64,000 nt of DNA from a bacterium (GTDB lineage Bacteria; SAR324; NAC60-12): the NCBI GenBank assembly GCA_965233585.1, contig CBDDTI010000745.1:256001-320000 (forward strand). The letters run 5' to 3'. A program made the translations under genes and the position numbers. Numbering within the stretch: the first letter of the stretch is position 1; each line of letters begins with the position of its first letter. The notes beneath the pieces are model-generated. The model was not told the origin of the DNA. It searched no databases and was given only the letters and a program-made list of their open reading frames with translations. Shown piece by piece: positions 20,533 through 31,511 of this stretch.

Positions 20533-21522
20533 ATGGACACTAAAAATCTTCAAATTGTCATCGCTCTAGCTGTCATACTCACAGCTTTGAGCCTTCTCTT
20601 GTGGAAGAATTTTCCTTTAAACTCTGAGTCAAGGGAAGAGACAGCAAAAACGTTGCTGTCTTACAATCAAATCCAAAACCTCACCGAAGTTAAAATTCGC
20701 AGTAAAGAGCAGACTCTTGCCTTTCAAGCAACGGAAAATCAATGGGTTGTGAATTCCCTCAACTACACTTTAGATCGTCCTAAATTGCAAGAATGGCTTC
20801 TTCAAATGAGCCAAGAAAAGCTGGTCAATTTAGTTTCAAACAAAGACTCGCATCATCAGAGGTTTGCTGTTGAGCTTTCACCTGAAGGTTTGCCTGTTGG
20901 TGAAGGGATTGTAGTGGAGCTAAATCAAGATGACTCGTCTGTTAAGTTGATTCTGGGAAAATCCAGAGACAAAGGCGGTAGATACGTCAGATACGCAGAC
21001 TCTCCTGATGTTTATTTGATTTCTGATGATTTATCTGTGTCTTTAGATGACCAAGAATGGATACAAAAAGAGCTGTTTGATGTTGAGCCTTCTGAAATCA
21101 AAAGTATTCAGCTCAAACACGAAGGCGAGACTACTTCATGGACTAGAGAAGAAAAAGATGCTGAATGGCAACTGGAAAACCTACCAGAGGGCAGGGAACT
21201 CAAGCAAGAAGTTGTCAACGAGCTAGCAGAAGTGTTGCAAGATTTTGAGTTTGATGACCTTGCAACAGGCACAATACTCCCTCAAGAAACAAGTGTTTAT
21301 CAGGCAACTCTTTTTGATGGAAGAAGCATTGAAGTCGCTTTTGCTAAAGAAAATGACGACCATTATTTGCTAACAGCTCAAATGGAATCTTCCACAAATT
21401 CAAATGAAAGTTTAGCCTCTGATTTTCAAAAGATGACCAAAAATAAAGTTTATCGCCTTTCTTCTTGGAAGGCAGAAAAGATGATAAAAACTTCAAACGA
21501 TTATCTTCAAGAGAAGGAATAA
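20533..21522 (+). CDS. DUF4340-like periplasmic accessory protein of ABC system
   Basis: N-terminal TM; LILGK...GRYVR....VYL pattern; adjacent to Gld-like ABC genes. Confidence 0.7.
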   Translation: MDTKNLQIVIALAVILTALSLLLWKNFPLNSESREETAKTLLSYNQIQNLTEVKIRSKEQTLAFQATENQWVVNSLNYTLDRPKLQEWLLQMSQEKLVNLVSNKDSHHQRFAVELSPEGLPVGEGIVVELNQDDSSVKLILGKSRDKGGRYVRYADSPDVYLISDDLSVSLDDQEWIQKELFDVEPSEIKSIQLKHEGETTSWTREEKDAEWQLENLPEGRELKQEVVNELAEVLQDFEFDDLATGTILPQETSVYQATLFDGRSIEVAFAKENDDHYLLTAQMESSTNSNESLASDFQKMTKNKVYRLSSWKAEKMIKTSNDYLQEKE

Positions 21523-21524
21523 AA

Positions 21525-22463
21525 ATGATTAGAGTTGAAAATCTCACTAAGAGGTTTGGTTCATTTCAGGCAGTCAATCAGATCAATTTTGAGCTGAATG
21601 CTGGAGAAATTCTTGGCTTTTTAGGACCAAACGGAGCAGGCAAATCTACGACAATGAAAATCATTGCAGGGTTTTTACCTTTGACATCAGGGAAGGTGAC
21701 AGTTTGTGACCTTGATGTTGTCAAAGATTCCTTAAAAGTCCGCTCTAAAATTGGCTACCTACCTGAAACGTCAGCATATTATTCTGAAATGAGAATTGAG
21801 GAGTTTCTGCAATTTATTGCAGAAGTAAGGGGTTTTGAAGGTGCAGACAAGCAAAAGCGTGTGGATTATGCACTTGATGTTACCTCGCTCAATGATGTCC
21901 GTTTACAACTTTGCGAGACGTTGTCTAAGGGGTATCGTCAACGTGTCTGCCTTGCACAAGCATTGCTTTCAGACCCTCCTGTTTTGATTTTAGATGAGCC
22001 AACTGATGGGCTTGACCCTAACCAAAAACATGAAGTACGTCAGTTGATTCAAAATATGAGTGAAAAACGGTCTATTCTTGTTTCTACTCATATTCTTGAA
22101 GAAGTTGAGGCTGTCTGCACCAGAGCAATCATCATCAATCGCGGGCAAATTGTAACAGAAGGGACTCCCCAAAAACTGCTGATGCGTTCCCGCTATCATG
22201 GAGCTGTCAGTGTCTTGGTGCAAAGCAAGTCGCTAGATTCTACGTTGGACAAGCTCAAACAAAGCAATGAGGTTGCATCGGTAGAACAGCAACCAGAGGC
22301 AGAAGGCGTGAGACTGACTATTTTCCCAAAATCCAGTGAGCAGAACGTCCTTGCTCATGTTCAAAACACACTTCAGAAGGAAAACGTTGACGTTCAACAG
22401 ATTCATGTTGAAAGGGGGCGACTTGATGAAGTTTTTAGAAATGTTACATTAAATCAAAATTAA
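21525..22463 (+). CDS. ABC transporter ATP-binding protein (GldA-like)
   Basis: GPNGAGKST, LSKGYRQRV, LILDEPTDGLDP. Confidence 0.92.
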   Translation: MIRVENLTKRFGSFQAVNQINFELNAGEILGFLGPNGAGKSTTMKIIAGFLPLTSGKVTVCDLDVVKDSLKVRSKIGYLPETSAYYSEMRIEEFLQFIAEVRGFEGADKQKRVDYALDVTSLNDVRLQLCETLSKGYRQRVCLAQALLSDPPVLILDEPTDGLDPNQKHEVRQLIQNMSEKRSILVSTHILEEVEAVCTRAIIINRGQIVTEGTPQKLLMRSRYHGAVSVLVQSKSLDSTLDKLKQSNEVASVEQQPEAEGVRLTIFPKSSEQNVLAHVQNTLQKENVDVQQIHVERGRLDEVFRNVTLNQN

Positions 22464-22466
22464 GCT

Positions 22467-23201
22467 ATGCAAGGTTTACTTCCTGTTTTTAAGCGAGAAC
22501 TAGTCGCCTATTTTCATTCACCTGTGGCATACGTGTTCATGATTATTTTTCTGATGACACATGCTGCTGCTGGTTTTTTACTTGGCAATTTTTATGACTC
22601 TAACCAAGCCAGCCTAGAAGCCTTTTTCTTATTCCACCCGTGGCTTTATCTTTTTCTGATTCCCGCGATTGGAATGCGTCTTTGGTCAGAAGAGCGAAGG
22701 TCTGGAACGATTGAATTGCTGTTGAGTTTACCAATAGACTTATTTGCGGCAGTTCTTGGAAAGTTTTTGGCGGCTTGGTTGTTTATTGCGATTGCACTCG
22801 CGTTGACTTTTCCGATGGTGATGACGGTGTCTTATCTTGGGACTCCTGATATTGGTCCTATCATTTCAGGATATTTAGGGAGTTTGTTGATGGCAGGTGC
22901 TTATTTGTCTATTGCCTCCTACACTTCTTCAATCACTAAAAACCAAGTGGTGAGCTTCATTCTGAGTCTATCTATTTGTTTGATTTTAGTTCTATTAGGT
23001 TGGGGCGTGCTAAATGAAATTCTCAATACTATTTTCCCTGTGTGGGCGACTGACTTCATTGCTCAACTAAGTTTTACAACGCATTTCAATGCGTTAAGGC
23101 GTGGTGTGATTGAAGTGGCGGACGTTCTTTATTTCGCTTCAATTATTGGCGTCATGTTGTCTATCAACGTGACTGTCTTAAATTCTCATCAATCTGCTTA
23201 A
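22467..23201 (+). CDS. ABC-2 permease (GldF-like)
   Basis: RELVAYF.SPVAY, MRLWSEERRSGTIELL, VLGKFLA. Confidence 0.9.
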   Translation: MQGLLPVFKRELVAYFHSPVAYVFMIIFLMTHAAAGFLLGNFYDSNQASLEAFFLFHPWLYLFLIPAIGMRLWSEERRSGTIELLLSLPIDLFAAVLGKFLAAWLFIAIALALTFPMVMTVSYLGTPDIGPIISGYLGSLLMAGAYLSIASYTSSITKNQVVSFILSLSICLILVLLGWGVLNEILNTIFPVWATDFIAQLSFTTHFNALRRGVIEVADVLYFASIIGVMLSINVTVLNSHQSA

Positions 23202-23213
23202 CCTCAAAAGATT

Positions 23214-25052
23214 ATGAAACATTTATCAAAGTTCCTAACCATTGGATTATTGCTAGTCTGCTTAATTGCAGTCAATATGATTGGGAAGTTTCTGCCATTG
23301 AAATTTGACCTGACGCAAGACAATCTTTACACGATCACTGATGCCACAAAACAAATCATTTCTTCACTGGAAGAGCCTGTAACGATTAGATATTATTTTT
23401 CTAAAAGCATTGCAGAGCTTCCCCCTACTTACAAGGCTTATGGAGAACGTGTAGAGAATATTTTGCGTGAGTATGAAAGCCTTTCTGATGGTCAAATCAG
23501 GTTTGAAATTTTTGACCCTAAACCTGATACAGAAGAAGAAGAATGGGCTCAAAAATACGGGATTCAGGCTATACAGTTGCCAAGTGGCTTTCCATTTTTC
23601 TTTGGTGTTGTGGTCTCCATGCTAGACCAAGAAGCGACCATTCCTTTTTTGGATATGAGGCGTGAAAGACTTCTTGAATATGACCTTTCTCAGCTGATTC
23701 TTCAGGCATCTCAACTTGAGCCTTTAAAAATTGGTGTGTTGTCTTCTCTTCCTCTTGAAGGCTTTCCAATCGCAAGAGGGCAAGGCAATCAAGGAGGTTG
23801 GATTTTCCTGTCAGAATTACGTAAGACATTTTCAGTAGAAGTACTAGAATCCACAACAAATGCGATTGATTCCAGTTTAGGCTTGTTGATGGTGATTCAT
23901 CCTAAAGAATTATCTGATACCACTCTTTACGCAATAGACCAACATGTGATGAGGGGAGGCAAGCTGGTTGTGCTAGTTGACCCCAATTCAAGGGCAGACT
24001 TGCAAAGCTCACAAGGTGCAGGTCTGGGACAAATCCCTGATACTGCAAGCAATTTTTATAAGCTCTTTCAGGCATGGGGCGTGGAATACGACTCATCCAA
24101 ATTGGTTGGAGACTTCCGATATGCGACACAGATCAATGCAGGAGCATCTGGTATCTTGCGTTATCCATTGTGGATGAGCCTGAACCAAAGTGCATTGAAT
24201 GCAGACCACCCTATCACTGGTCAACTGGAATCGTTATTGTTTGTTGAAACAGGAGAGTTTAAGCAAAAGGAAGGAGCAGAGCAAGAATGGACTCCATTGA
24301 TTGAAACGTCTTCTCAAAGTGGTCTTGTAGAGTCTATTATGACACGTTTTGCAGCGCCTGATAGCATCATACGTGAACTCAAAACCGATGACACTTCAAG
24401 AACATTAGCAGCGTTGGTTCAAGGTGAGTTTGCTTCTGGCTTTTCATCTGCACCTCCACAAGAGAATCAAGAACAATCCAACCAAGCAGAGCATCTTTCA
24501 AAATCTCCTAACACTGCTATATTGGTCGTTGCAGATTCTGACTTTTTGTCTGATGACTATTCTGTGCAACGTTTTTCTTTTCTTGGGCAATCTGTGGCTC
24601 AACCTGTCAATGACAATCTGAATCTTATTTTGAATGCGGCAGAGTTTCTTTCAGGCAATGAGGCTTTAATGAGCATTCGTTCTCGTGGGCAATTCTCAAG
24701 ACCTTTTACAACATTGCTGGCATTGGAACAAAATGCACAGTTAAGGTTTCAGGAGGAAGAAAGACTTTTACAGGAGAAGTTGGAATCTGTGCAAGAAAAA
24801 CTTCGTAACCTCTCGCAGGAACAAAGTGCTGACCAAAAACTTTTGATTACACCAGAACAAGAAAAAGAAATTCAGAATTTTCGCGAAGAAGAACGTAAAG
24901 CTCGTAAAAATTTGAGAGAAGTCAGGAAAGTTTTGCGTCAAGATGTAGAACAACTTGGGCAGTGGCTGCTTGCATTCAATTTGCTTTTTGCCCCTCTTTT
25001 TGTCGGAGTTGCAGGAATTTTGGTTTATCGCAAACGCAATCGTTCTTCTTGA
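23214..25052 (+). CDS. GldG-family ABC auxiliary component
   Basis: DLTQDNLYTI, EYDLS, YAIDQHVMRGG, VADSDFL, C-terminal coiled coil plus TM. Confidence 0.88.
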   Translation: MKHLSKFLTIGLLLVCLIAVNMIGKFLPLKFDLTQDNLYTITDATKQIISSLEEPVTIRYYFSKSIAELPPTYKAYGERVENILREYESLSDGQIRFEIFDPKPDTEEEEWAQKYGIQAIQLPSGFPFFFGVVVSMLDQEATIPFLDMRRERLLEYDLSQLILQASQLEPLKIGVLSSLPLEGFPIARGQGNQGGWIFLSELRKTFSVEVLESTTNAIDSSLGLLMVIHPKELSDTTLYAIDQHVMRGGKLVVLVDPNSRADLQSSQGAGLGQIPDTASNFYKLFQAWGVEYDSSKLVGDFRYATQINAGASGILRYPLWMSLNQSALNADHPITGQLESLLFVETGEFKQKEGAEQEWTPLIETSSQSGLVESIMTRFAAPDSIIRELKTDDTSRTLAALVQGEFASGFSSAPPQENQEQSNQAEHLSKSPNTAILVVADSDFLSDDYSVQRFSFLGQSVAQPVNDNLNLILNAAEFLSGNEALMSIRSRGQFSRPFTTLLALEQNAQLRFQEEERLLQEKLESVQEKLRNLSQEQSADQKLLITPEQEKEIQNFREEERKARKNLREVRKVLRQDVEQLGQWLLAFNLLFAPLFVGVAGILVYRKRNRSS

Positions 25053-25123
25053 TTTGTAAAACCAACTCTTTAGTTTTAACTTCTAACCATTGAAGCTCAA
25101 AGAAGACTGACCCGTTTGGCTTT

Positions 25124-25855
25124 TTAGCTTTGATTTGATTCTAGTTGTGTAGCGAGAGAGCGAAGTATTTTTGCATATTTTTGACGTTGTTCAGTCTGTT
25201 CCTCCAAAGAAAGTTCTTTTAGCATTTTCAACTCTGAAAGTAGGTCTTTGAGTTCCCTCCAAATTTGCCTATCTTTTTTGTCTAAAATGGGTGCTTGTTC
25301 GGAACAAGGCAAGATCTGTTTTTGATGCCAATGCTTCAACTCTTGTCTTAAACTCGCAATGCTTGCAGTCGCCTTTTCTCCGCATGCCTGAATCCAAACT
25401 TTTTCCCTTTCTTCATGTGAGTTGAGCGTTGTCAGCAAATAAGCTCCTGATGCTCCATAACGTTCTATTAAATTGGGGGAGTCTTCATAGACTTCTGCAA
25501 CTTTTTTACACTGCATGGCGGAAGAGTAAGGCATATTGATTTTGTCAAGATACCATGCCTTGATTTGTGCCGTTGTCATTTGAGAACCTTTGAGCATTTT
25601 ATGCAGCACAATAAGGTGTAATCCCAACAAAAAGTAATCATCAGCAATATTTTCAATGAAGCGATTGATTCTTGTGACCATTTGTAATGCTTGAGGGTGA
25701 TCTCCATCAAGTTTGGTTTCAGTCAAGTCAGGTAAGTCAGGGAGGTTAAAGCGAGGTTCACGGCTGCCAACAGGAACGCCTTTTGATTTTTGAGAAAGAT
25801 GCTCTACTTGAATTTGAGATTGTGGAGTAAATGTTACGTCTAATTGTTTTGCCAT
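25124..25855 (-). CDS. Hypothetical protein, possible DUF3102-like helical domain
   Basis: LGLHLIVLHK...KAWYLDKINMPYSSAMQCKKVAE resembles DUF3102 pattern. Confidence 0.6.
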   Translation of the reverse strand: MAKQLDVTFTPQSQIQVEHLSQKSKGVPVGSREPRFNLPDLPDLTETKLDGDHPQALQMVTRINRFIENIADDYFLLGLHLIVLHKMLKGSQMTTAQIKAWYLDKINMPYSSAMQCKKVAEVYEDSPNLIERYGASGAYLLTTLNSHEEREKVWIQACGEKATASIASLRQELKHWHQKQILPCSEQAPILDKKDRQIWRELKDLLSELKMLKELSLEEQTEQRQKYAKILRSLATQLESNQS

Positions 25856-27381
25856 GTTGTCATAAATTGATTGCGTTCATAAAGGTCAGAAAGTTCTGCA
25901 AGCCAGTGACTTAAATCACCAGACATGGCATCTTTAGACATTCTCCAAGTCCAGTTTCCTTGACTGGTGCCGGGAGTGTTCATTTTTGCTTCATTGCCTA
26001 AATTCAGCCAATCTTGCATAGGTGCGACTGCCGTCAATGCAGAAGAGGCTAATGCTTCTCGCCATAGGACAGGAGCAATATTTGATTCATTCAGGTCACG
26101 CCATAAATAGCGATTGAGATAGCATCGTGCCTCATTGTTCAGTTCTTGATACCAGCCTCTTGTTGTAGAATTGTCATGCGTGCCTGTGTAAATCACAGAG
26201 TGAATGGGGACACGATGTGGAATATAGTCATTCGCTTCTGTTTGATGGAAGGCAAATTGTAGTACCTTCATACCGGGCAAGTGACATGAATCACGCAGTT
26301 CAATGACATCGGGTGTAATCATGCCCAAATCTTCAGCAATCAAAGGGAGTGTTCCTAGACTTTGAGAAATGGCATCAAAAAAATCCTTGCCCGGTCCGTC
26401 CACCCATTTTCCATGAATGGCAGTTTCTTCTGTTGCTGGGATTTCCCAAAATTGAGCAAAACCTCTAAAATGGTCTATCCTCACAATGTCCACAAGGTTT
26501 AGCACTGTTTTCAACCTTTGCAACCACCAATGATAATTGTCTGACTTCATTTTCTCCCAATGATACAAGGGGTTTCCCCATCGCTGACCTGTTGCTGCAA
26601 AGTAATCAGGCGGAGTTCCTGCAACCACTTGAGGAAAACCTTGGTCGTCAAGTTGGAATAAATGAGGATTTGCCCAGACTTCAGCGCTGTCATGGCTGAC
26701 AAAAATAGGAATGTCTCCAACGATGCTTACGCCCCGATGATTTGCATAGTGTTTGAGTGCAAGCCACTGTCTAAAAAAAACAAACTGCTCAAAACAATAG
26801 TATTCAATTTTTGATTGATGTGTGAGCTTCCATTGCTTCAGAACCTTGTGATTACGTTTTTTCAAAGGTTCTTGCCATTGATTCCATGTGAGACCTTCAA
26901 ACTCATCTTTAAGTGTCATGTAAAATGCAAAGTCTTCAAGCCACAAGTGAGCTTTTAAAAACTCTTGATATTCCTTTGCCAGTGTTCCAGTAAGTTTTGT
27001 TTGAAAGCCAGCAAAGGCTTTTTTCAACTGATGAGACTTCCAAGGTTGAACTAAAGATTCGTCAAAAAGATGTTCTGGAAAGTCTGGGGCATCTGTAAGT
27101 GAATCTTCTGATAACCAACCCTCTTGGCAAAGCCCTTTCAAGTCAATCCACATAGGATTGCCCGCAAATGCCGAAAGTGTCTGATATGGAGAAAGTCCAA
27201 AAGCAGGAGGATTCATGGGAAGAATCTGCCAAATGGATTGCTTGGCATCAACTAAAAAATCAATGAAACGTCTCGCCATTTCTCCCATATCACCTACTCC
27301 AAATTCACTGGGCAATGATGTTGGGTGTAGGAGTACGCCAGAGACTCTTTGTTGCTGATAAACTGATGGTGAATTGCTCAT
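25840..27381 (-). CDS. malQ: 4-alpha-glucanotransferase (amylomaltase, GH77)
   Basis: SGVLLHPTSLP, WQILP, PPDYF..TGQRWGNP, RIDHFRGF, AEDLG, YTGTHDN. Confidence 0.96.
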   Translation of the reverse strand: MSNSPSVYQQQRVSGVLLHPTSLPSEFGVGDMGEMARRFIDFLVDAKQSIWQILPMNPPAFGLSPYQTLSAFAGNPMWIDLKGLCQEGWLSEDSLTDAPDFPEHLFDESLVQPWKSHQLKKAFAGFQTKLTGTLAKEYQEFLKAHLWLEDFAFYMTLKDEFEGLTWNQWQEPLKKRNHKVLKQWKLTHQSKIEYYCFEQFVFFRQWLALKHYANHRGVSIVGDIPIFVSHDSAEVWANPHLFQLDDQGFPQVVAGTPPDYFAATGQRWGNPLYHWEKMKSDNYHWWLQRLKTVLNLVDIVRIDHFRGFAQFWEIPATEETAIHGKWVDGPGKDFFDAISQSLGTLPLIAEDLGMITPDVIELRDSCHLPGMKVLQFAFHQTEANDYIPHRVPIHSVIYTGTHDNSTTRGWYQELNNEARCYLNRYLWRDLNESNIAPVLWREALASSALTAVAPMQDWLNLGNEAKMNTPGTSQGNWTWRMSKDAMSGDLSHWLAELSDLYERNQFMTTWQNN

Positions 27382-27493
27382 ATCTGCCAAAAAACGTAAA
27401 AGTTCGCTGTTCTTGAAATCTGTTGCATCAATTCTAGTCTTGACAACGTCTTTTTTAGAGAATGGTCAAATTTGAGTTGATTCAATGCTCATG

Positions 27494-28963
27494 CTAACGC
27501 AGGTTACTCAATGCGGAAAAGCTCAACAATTCTAAAACAAGGTCTGGAAAAAGACCAAGATAGAGAATCATGGCTGCGGAAGAGACCACTCCAAAAGAGG
27601 AAAAAATGAAGCTCACAGTCACAGATTGTTCAGATGGTGTCTGCTCTTTTTTGCAAGGAGAGTACATTGCTGCAACAAGTGAAAGGTAATAGTAAGCGGA
27701 GATAATGCTATTGACCACAGCAACGATGACCAGCCAAGACCAATTTGATGCCAGTGCCGCACTAAAAAGTTTGACCTTACCAAGAAAGCCGACGGTTAAA
27801 GGGAATCCCATCAATGAAAATAAAAAAATACTCATGCAAAATGCTAAGACAGGGTGTTTTTTCCCATATCCTAACAAATCCTGACGTTCCACCAATTCAT
27901 TTGTAAAACGACTGACTCCCAAAATTCCAAAAGACCCAACACTCATAAAAGAGTAAGCAACTACATAAAACATCAGTGCTTGGATTCCTATACGTTGCCC
28001 AACAACGACTGCAACCAAAGCATAGCCTGCATGTGCAATAGAAGAATAGGCAAGAAGTCTCTTAATATTGGTTTGGCGGAGTGCCAGTAGATTGCCTACG
28101 GTCATAGTCAATGTTGCCATAACTGCAAGCATCATGTTCCATTCGTTGGCATGGAACACGTCAGACATTCCTGTCATTAGCAAGCGAATAAATGCGGCAA
28201 ACATTGAGGCTTTGGAAGCTGAGGCAAGAAACGCCACCGATGATGATGAAGCCCCTGAATACACATCAGGAGCCCAGAAATGGAACGGAAACAGTGCAAT
28301 CTTACCACATAAACCAACCAAGACTAAGACCACTCCAAATAAAGCAAGAGAGTTAGAACTTGCATTGGATAAATTCTGAATCATTGTGGGTAGATAAAGG
28401 CTTCCTGTCGCCCCATAAAGGAGTGCAAAGCCATAAATCAAGAAACCAGTGGCAATCGCCCCCATCAGCAAATATTTGATTGCCGCCTCTGAAGACTCAG
28501 AACGTTCACGCAAGAGACCTGCCAGAATATAACCGCAAAGCGACGTCATTTCTATTCCAATAAAAATGACCAAAACATGCTGACTAGACACCGTCAACAT
28601 CATGCCTACAATCGCAAACAAAATGAGTAAATAAAATTCATTGAATCCCTTTTGGGACATGTCCAAGTGATGCCATGAGATGAAAATCACAATCCCGCCC
28701 AATATCAGAAAAAGCATCTCAAAGAAAATAGAATAATTATCAGCAATGATCATTTCCCCAATGCCTTGACGTTGTGTGCCAAGTAATTCTATTTCCAAAA
28801 AAAATGTTATGGCTAATCCAAGTATGGATAGAAAAATAACTGTGGCTTTTCGGTGATGTGAAGAACTGAACAAATCCGCAAACATGACAAGAATTGCAGT
28901 AGAAACAAGAACGATTTCAGGGAGAACTGGCAGGAGGTCAAACGATGTCAAAAACGGAAACAT
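27494..28963 (-). CDS. nuoN: NADH-quinone oxidoreductase subunit N
   Basis: SEAAIKYL, PFHFWAPDVYSGA, QTNIKRLLAYSSIAHAGY. Confidence 0.92.
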   Translation of the reverse strand: MFPFLTSFDLLPVLPEIVLVSTAILVMFADLFSSSHHRKATVIFLSILGLAITFFLEIELLGTQRQGIGEMIIADNYSIFFEMLFLILGGIVIFISWHHLDMSQKGFNEFYLLILFAIVGMMLTVSSQHVLVIFIGIEMTSLCGYILAGLLRERSESSEAAIKYLLMGAIATGFLIYGFALLYGATGSLYLPTMIQNLSNASSNSLALFGVVLVLVGLCGKIALFPFHFWAPDVYSGASSSSVAFLASASKASMFAAFIRLLMTGMSDVFHANEWNMMLAVMATLTMTVGNLLALRQTNIKRLLAYSSIAHAGYALVAVVVGQRIGIQALMFYVVAYSFMSVGSFGILGVSRFTNELVERQDLLGYGKKHPVLAFCMSIFLFSLMGFPLTVGFLGKVKLFSAALASNWSWLVIVAVVNSIISAYYYLSLVAAMYSPCKKEQTPSEQSVTVSFIFSSFGVVSSAAMILYLGLFPDLVLELLSFSALSNLR

Positions 28964-29057
28964 ACTTTCAAAGTTAGGAAATTTAGCAAATCTGATAGAA
29001 TATGCCTGACAGCCTAAAAAAACAAGACCAACGCATCTTTTCAAGTGCTAAAGTTTT

Positions 29058-29918
29058 GTGGTGAAAGATCCGATAAGGTCACAAGGGATTTTTATTTTTA
29101 AATTTGATTACCAAAAAAACATGCAACCTGTTTCTTACCTCAATTTGTACATCACTGTTGTCGTTGGCTTTGTCCTCTCTATGGCATTTGGCTCCTACTT
29201 CTTCTATCAAAATATGGACAATGCCAGTTTTTTACTCCTTTCAGGATTAGAGACGAATCGGATCTACATAGACCAGCATCAGTATAACTCTTACTTGCAG
29301 GGTTTTATTTACTGCATGACCTTTTTTGTAGCGGGAGTTTTATTGCTCATTGTCATGGCATTGCCAAGTAAGGAGGTCTTTGAACAACGTGCCATTCATT
29401 CAGGACGGCTTGCTCCAAGCATGACTTTGCAAACTCAAGAAGCACATGCTCCATCAGCTATTCCTGCAATAGATGCCTCACAAATGGGAACGTCTCAATC
29501 TACGCCCACAACTTCTGAAAGCTCTAATCCACAAGAAGTGGAAGACCCAAGTCAGGTGCAGCTAACCATTGAAGATGAGCCAGATATTGACCTATTTGAA
29601 GCAGAAGATGACAGCAAAGAAACGGCTGATGCTAATGTGGTGTATGGGTTAGGCAGAGTAACTGAAGATTCCACACTAGAGTTTATCCATGCCCACCCTG
29701 ACAGTGCTGTGAAGTTTCTTTACAGACGCAATTTGGAAGGCAAAAGCCTTTCAAGTGCCGAAGAGAAAATTTACGAATCATGGCAAAAAAGAGGACTCAC
29801 CCGTACAAGAGTTAGAGACTACATTCTTCAACTTATGGAATGGAAAAAACTCCCTGAAGTCTTGCCTCTGGAAATTTGGTCTCAATTACGCGACCAAATC
29901 TTTGAACTCACTCATTAA
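29058..29918 (+). CDS. Hypothetical membrane protein (2 TM plus acidic linker)
   Basis: Two hydrophobic segments, low-complexity linker, globular C-terminus; true start may be ATG 29121. Confidence 0.7.
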   Translation: MVKDPIRSQGIFIFKFDYQKNMQPVSYLNLYITVVVGFVLSMAFGSYFFYQNMDNASFLLLSGLETNRIYIDQHQYNSYLQGFIYCMTFFVAGVLLLIVMALPSKEVFEQRAIHSGRLAPSMTLQTQEAHAPSAIPAIDASQMGTSQSTPTTSESSNPQEVEDPSQVQLTIEDEPDIDLFEAEDDSKETADANVVYGLGRVTEDSTLEFIHAHPDSAVKFLYRRNLEGKSLSSAEEKIYESWQKRGLTRTRVRDYILQLMEWKKLPEVLPLEIWSQLRDQIFELTH

Positions 29919-30514
29919 TCTTGAAACTTTGGTGCATATAGTTCTAAAAAATTCTTCACAATTCTCATACCATCTGGAGTCAAAATAGATTCAGGGTGAA
30001 ACTGAAGACCAAAGGTTTTTGTGCCTTTCAAATGCACTGCCATGACTTCATCTTGTTCTGTATGGGCTAAAATTGTGAAGCAATCGCTTTCAGGAATCGC
30101 AATCAACGAATGATAACGCATGGCAGAAAAGGGTGAAGGGACATTTTGAAAAATGTGTTCTTGACTATGCCAAATTTGTGAAGTCTTTCCGTGCATGATC
30201 TGTCTTGCCTTTTCTACCTTGCCGCCAAATAACTCCACCAAACACTGATGTCCCAAACAAACGCCTAGTATTGGAATTTTTCTGTGAAAATATTGAAGTG
30301 CAGGAAGAGAAATTTTGGTTTCTTGGGGAGTGTTTGGACCGGGTGAAAGACAAAGATGTGTGGGTTGCAAAGCCACTAGCTCATCAAGAGAAGTTGCATC
30401 ATGGTCAAATATCAAGACCTCTGCACCTTGCATTCTAAACATTTGGACAAGGTTGTAGGTAAAAGAGTCATAGTGATCAATGACAATGACCTTTTTCAGG
30501 GCATGATGGCTCAT
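29915..30514 (-). CDS. Anthranilate / aminodeoxychorismate synthase component II (TrpG/PabA)
   Basis: IDHYDSFTYNL, LSPGP, LGVCLGHQ, MHGK.S, RYHSL, QFHPESI. Confidence 0.93.
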   Translation of the reverse strand: MSHHALKKVIVIDHYDSFTYNLVQMFRMQGAEVLIFDHDATSLDELVALQPTHLCLSPGPNTPQETKISLPALQYFHRKIPILGVCLGHQCLVELFGGKVEKARQIMHGKTSQIWHSQEHIFQNVPSPFSAMRYHSLIAIPESDCFTILAHTEQDEVMAVHLKGTKTFGLQFHPESILTPDGMRIVKNFLELYAPKFQD

Positions 30515-30626
30515 GTTGCATCTTCTTTCAGAACACATTTGACTAGAAGATCAGTCTCAAATTTCCAGTCTGCTGGGGTGATTTTGGGAGAATACAAAAA
30601 CAAAATGTCTCTAGCATAAAATTTTT

Positions 30627-31399
30627 GGCAGTGTTCACTTGGTATTGGCATGATATTTTTCAAACCTTTTATAGTCAAAGAAGAGTTGTAGAGAGTGTTC
30701 CAGCATGTCAAAAGTTTTAGAATGTCGTTTAGATTTTCTCATCAAGCGAGCTAGGTTATCTCTGATGGAAGAATTAGAAGATTCAATGAGATGAGTGTTG
30801 TCCTTGCCTATCTGATGCTTTTGTGGAATTTGGAGTTGTGCAAATGCCACTTGATAGCATGAGTTGGCATCTGTATAAATCGTTTCAATTCTAGCTCGTT
30901 GTGCTTTGACTAGTCCATACAGCTGCTTTGCTGCTGCTAATCCTTTGCCTATCACAAAGGCAATCACACATTGTTCTTGACGAGAGTATGCTGTCCAAAC
31001 AGCTACTCTTTGGCTTTTTTTTGAACAAAAGTGTAGATCTCATCCATCTCTATACTATCTACTTGTGCATGGAAACTTGGTGCGTCTTTTGGAAGTTGAG
31101 ACACTCTAGCTTTTTTGATCCAGTTGACAATTGAAGCGGGAGACACCTGCAAAAAACGAGCGATCTTTCTGATGCCTACACTATTGACATACATCTCTAA
31201 GGCTTGACGCTTGGTCTCTAGTGGGATTCTCAAACCATTTGAGGTGAATGCTCTCTGACATGACTTGCAACGATACCTCTGAACCCCTTTGTAACTTCCA
31301 TTCTTGATATAAGTCTGACTCCCACAATGATGACAACTTCTCATTTCCATTCCTCAAATTCACTCTCACATGCAATGACAATACCAACTAAACACTGCC
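30627..31399 (-). mobile_element. IS1-family element copy 1 (773 bp), apparently intact
   Basis: Terminal IRs GGCAGTGTTCACTTGGTATT / AATACCAACTAAACACTGCC; InsA zinc-ribbon+HTH ORF 31003-31350 and InsB DDE ORF 30635-30967 joined by A8 -1 frameshift site. Confidence 0.93.
30635..31350 (-). CDS. IS1-family transposase InsA-InsB (programmed -1 frameshift)
   Basis: CHHCGS..KNG....QRYRCKSC; EMDEIYTFVQKK then -1 frame KSQRVAVWTAY...YTDANSCY...THLIESSNSSIR. Confidence 0.88.
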
Positions 31400-31433
31400 T
31401 CCAATGGAGGGGAATTGAAACACTTTGCCTTTC

Positions 31434-31462
31434 GTCATTGCCACCTTGAGTGAGCAATCTCC
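31434..31462. repeat. GTCATT-type palindromic (REP-like) repeat
   Basis: GTCATTGCCACCTTGAGTGAGCAATCTCC, near copy of 32194-32222. Confidence 0.75.
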
Positions 31463-31511
31463 TCTTTTCAGATTTCTCTCTTTTTTTATTTTTCCATTTT
31501 GTCTTTAAATT

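Noticed and set aside
20533..25052. Gliding-motility system from GldA/F/G similarity
   Set aside because: This ABC module is widespread in non-gliding bacteria; no other gld/T9SS genes in the window
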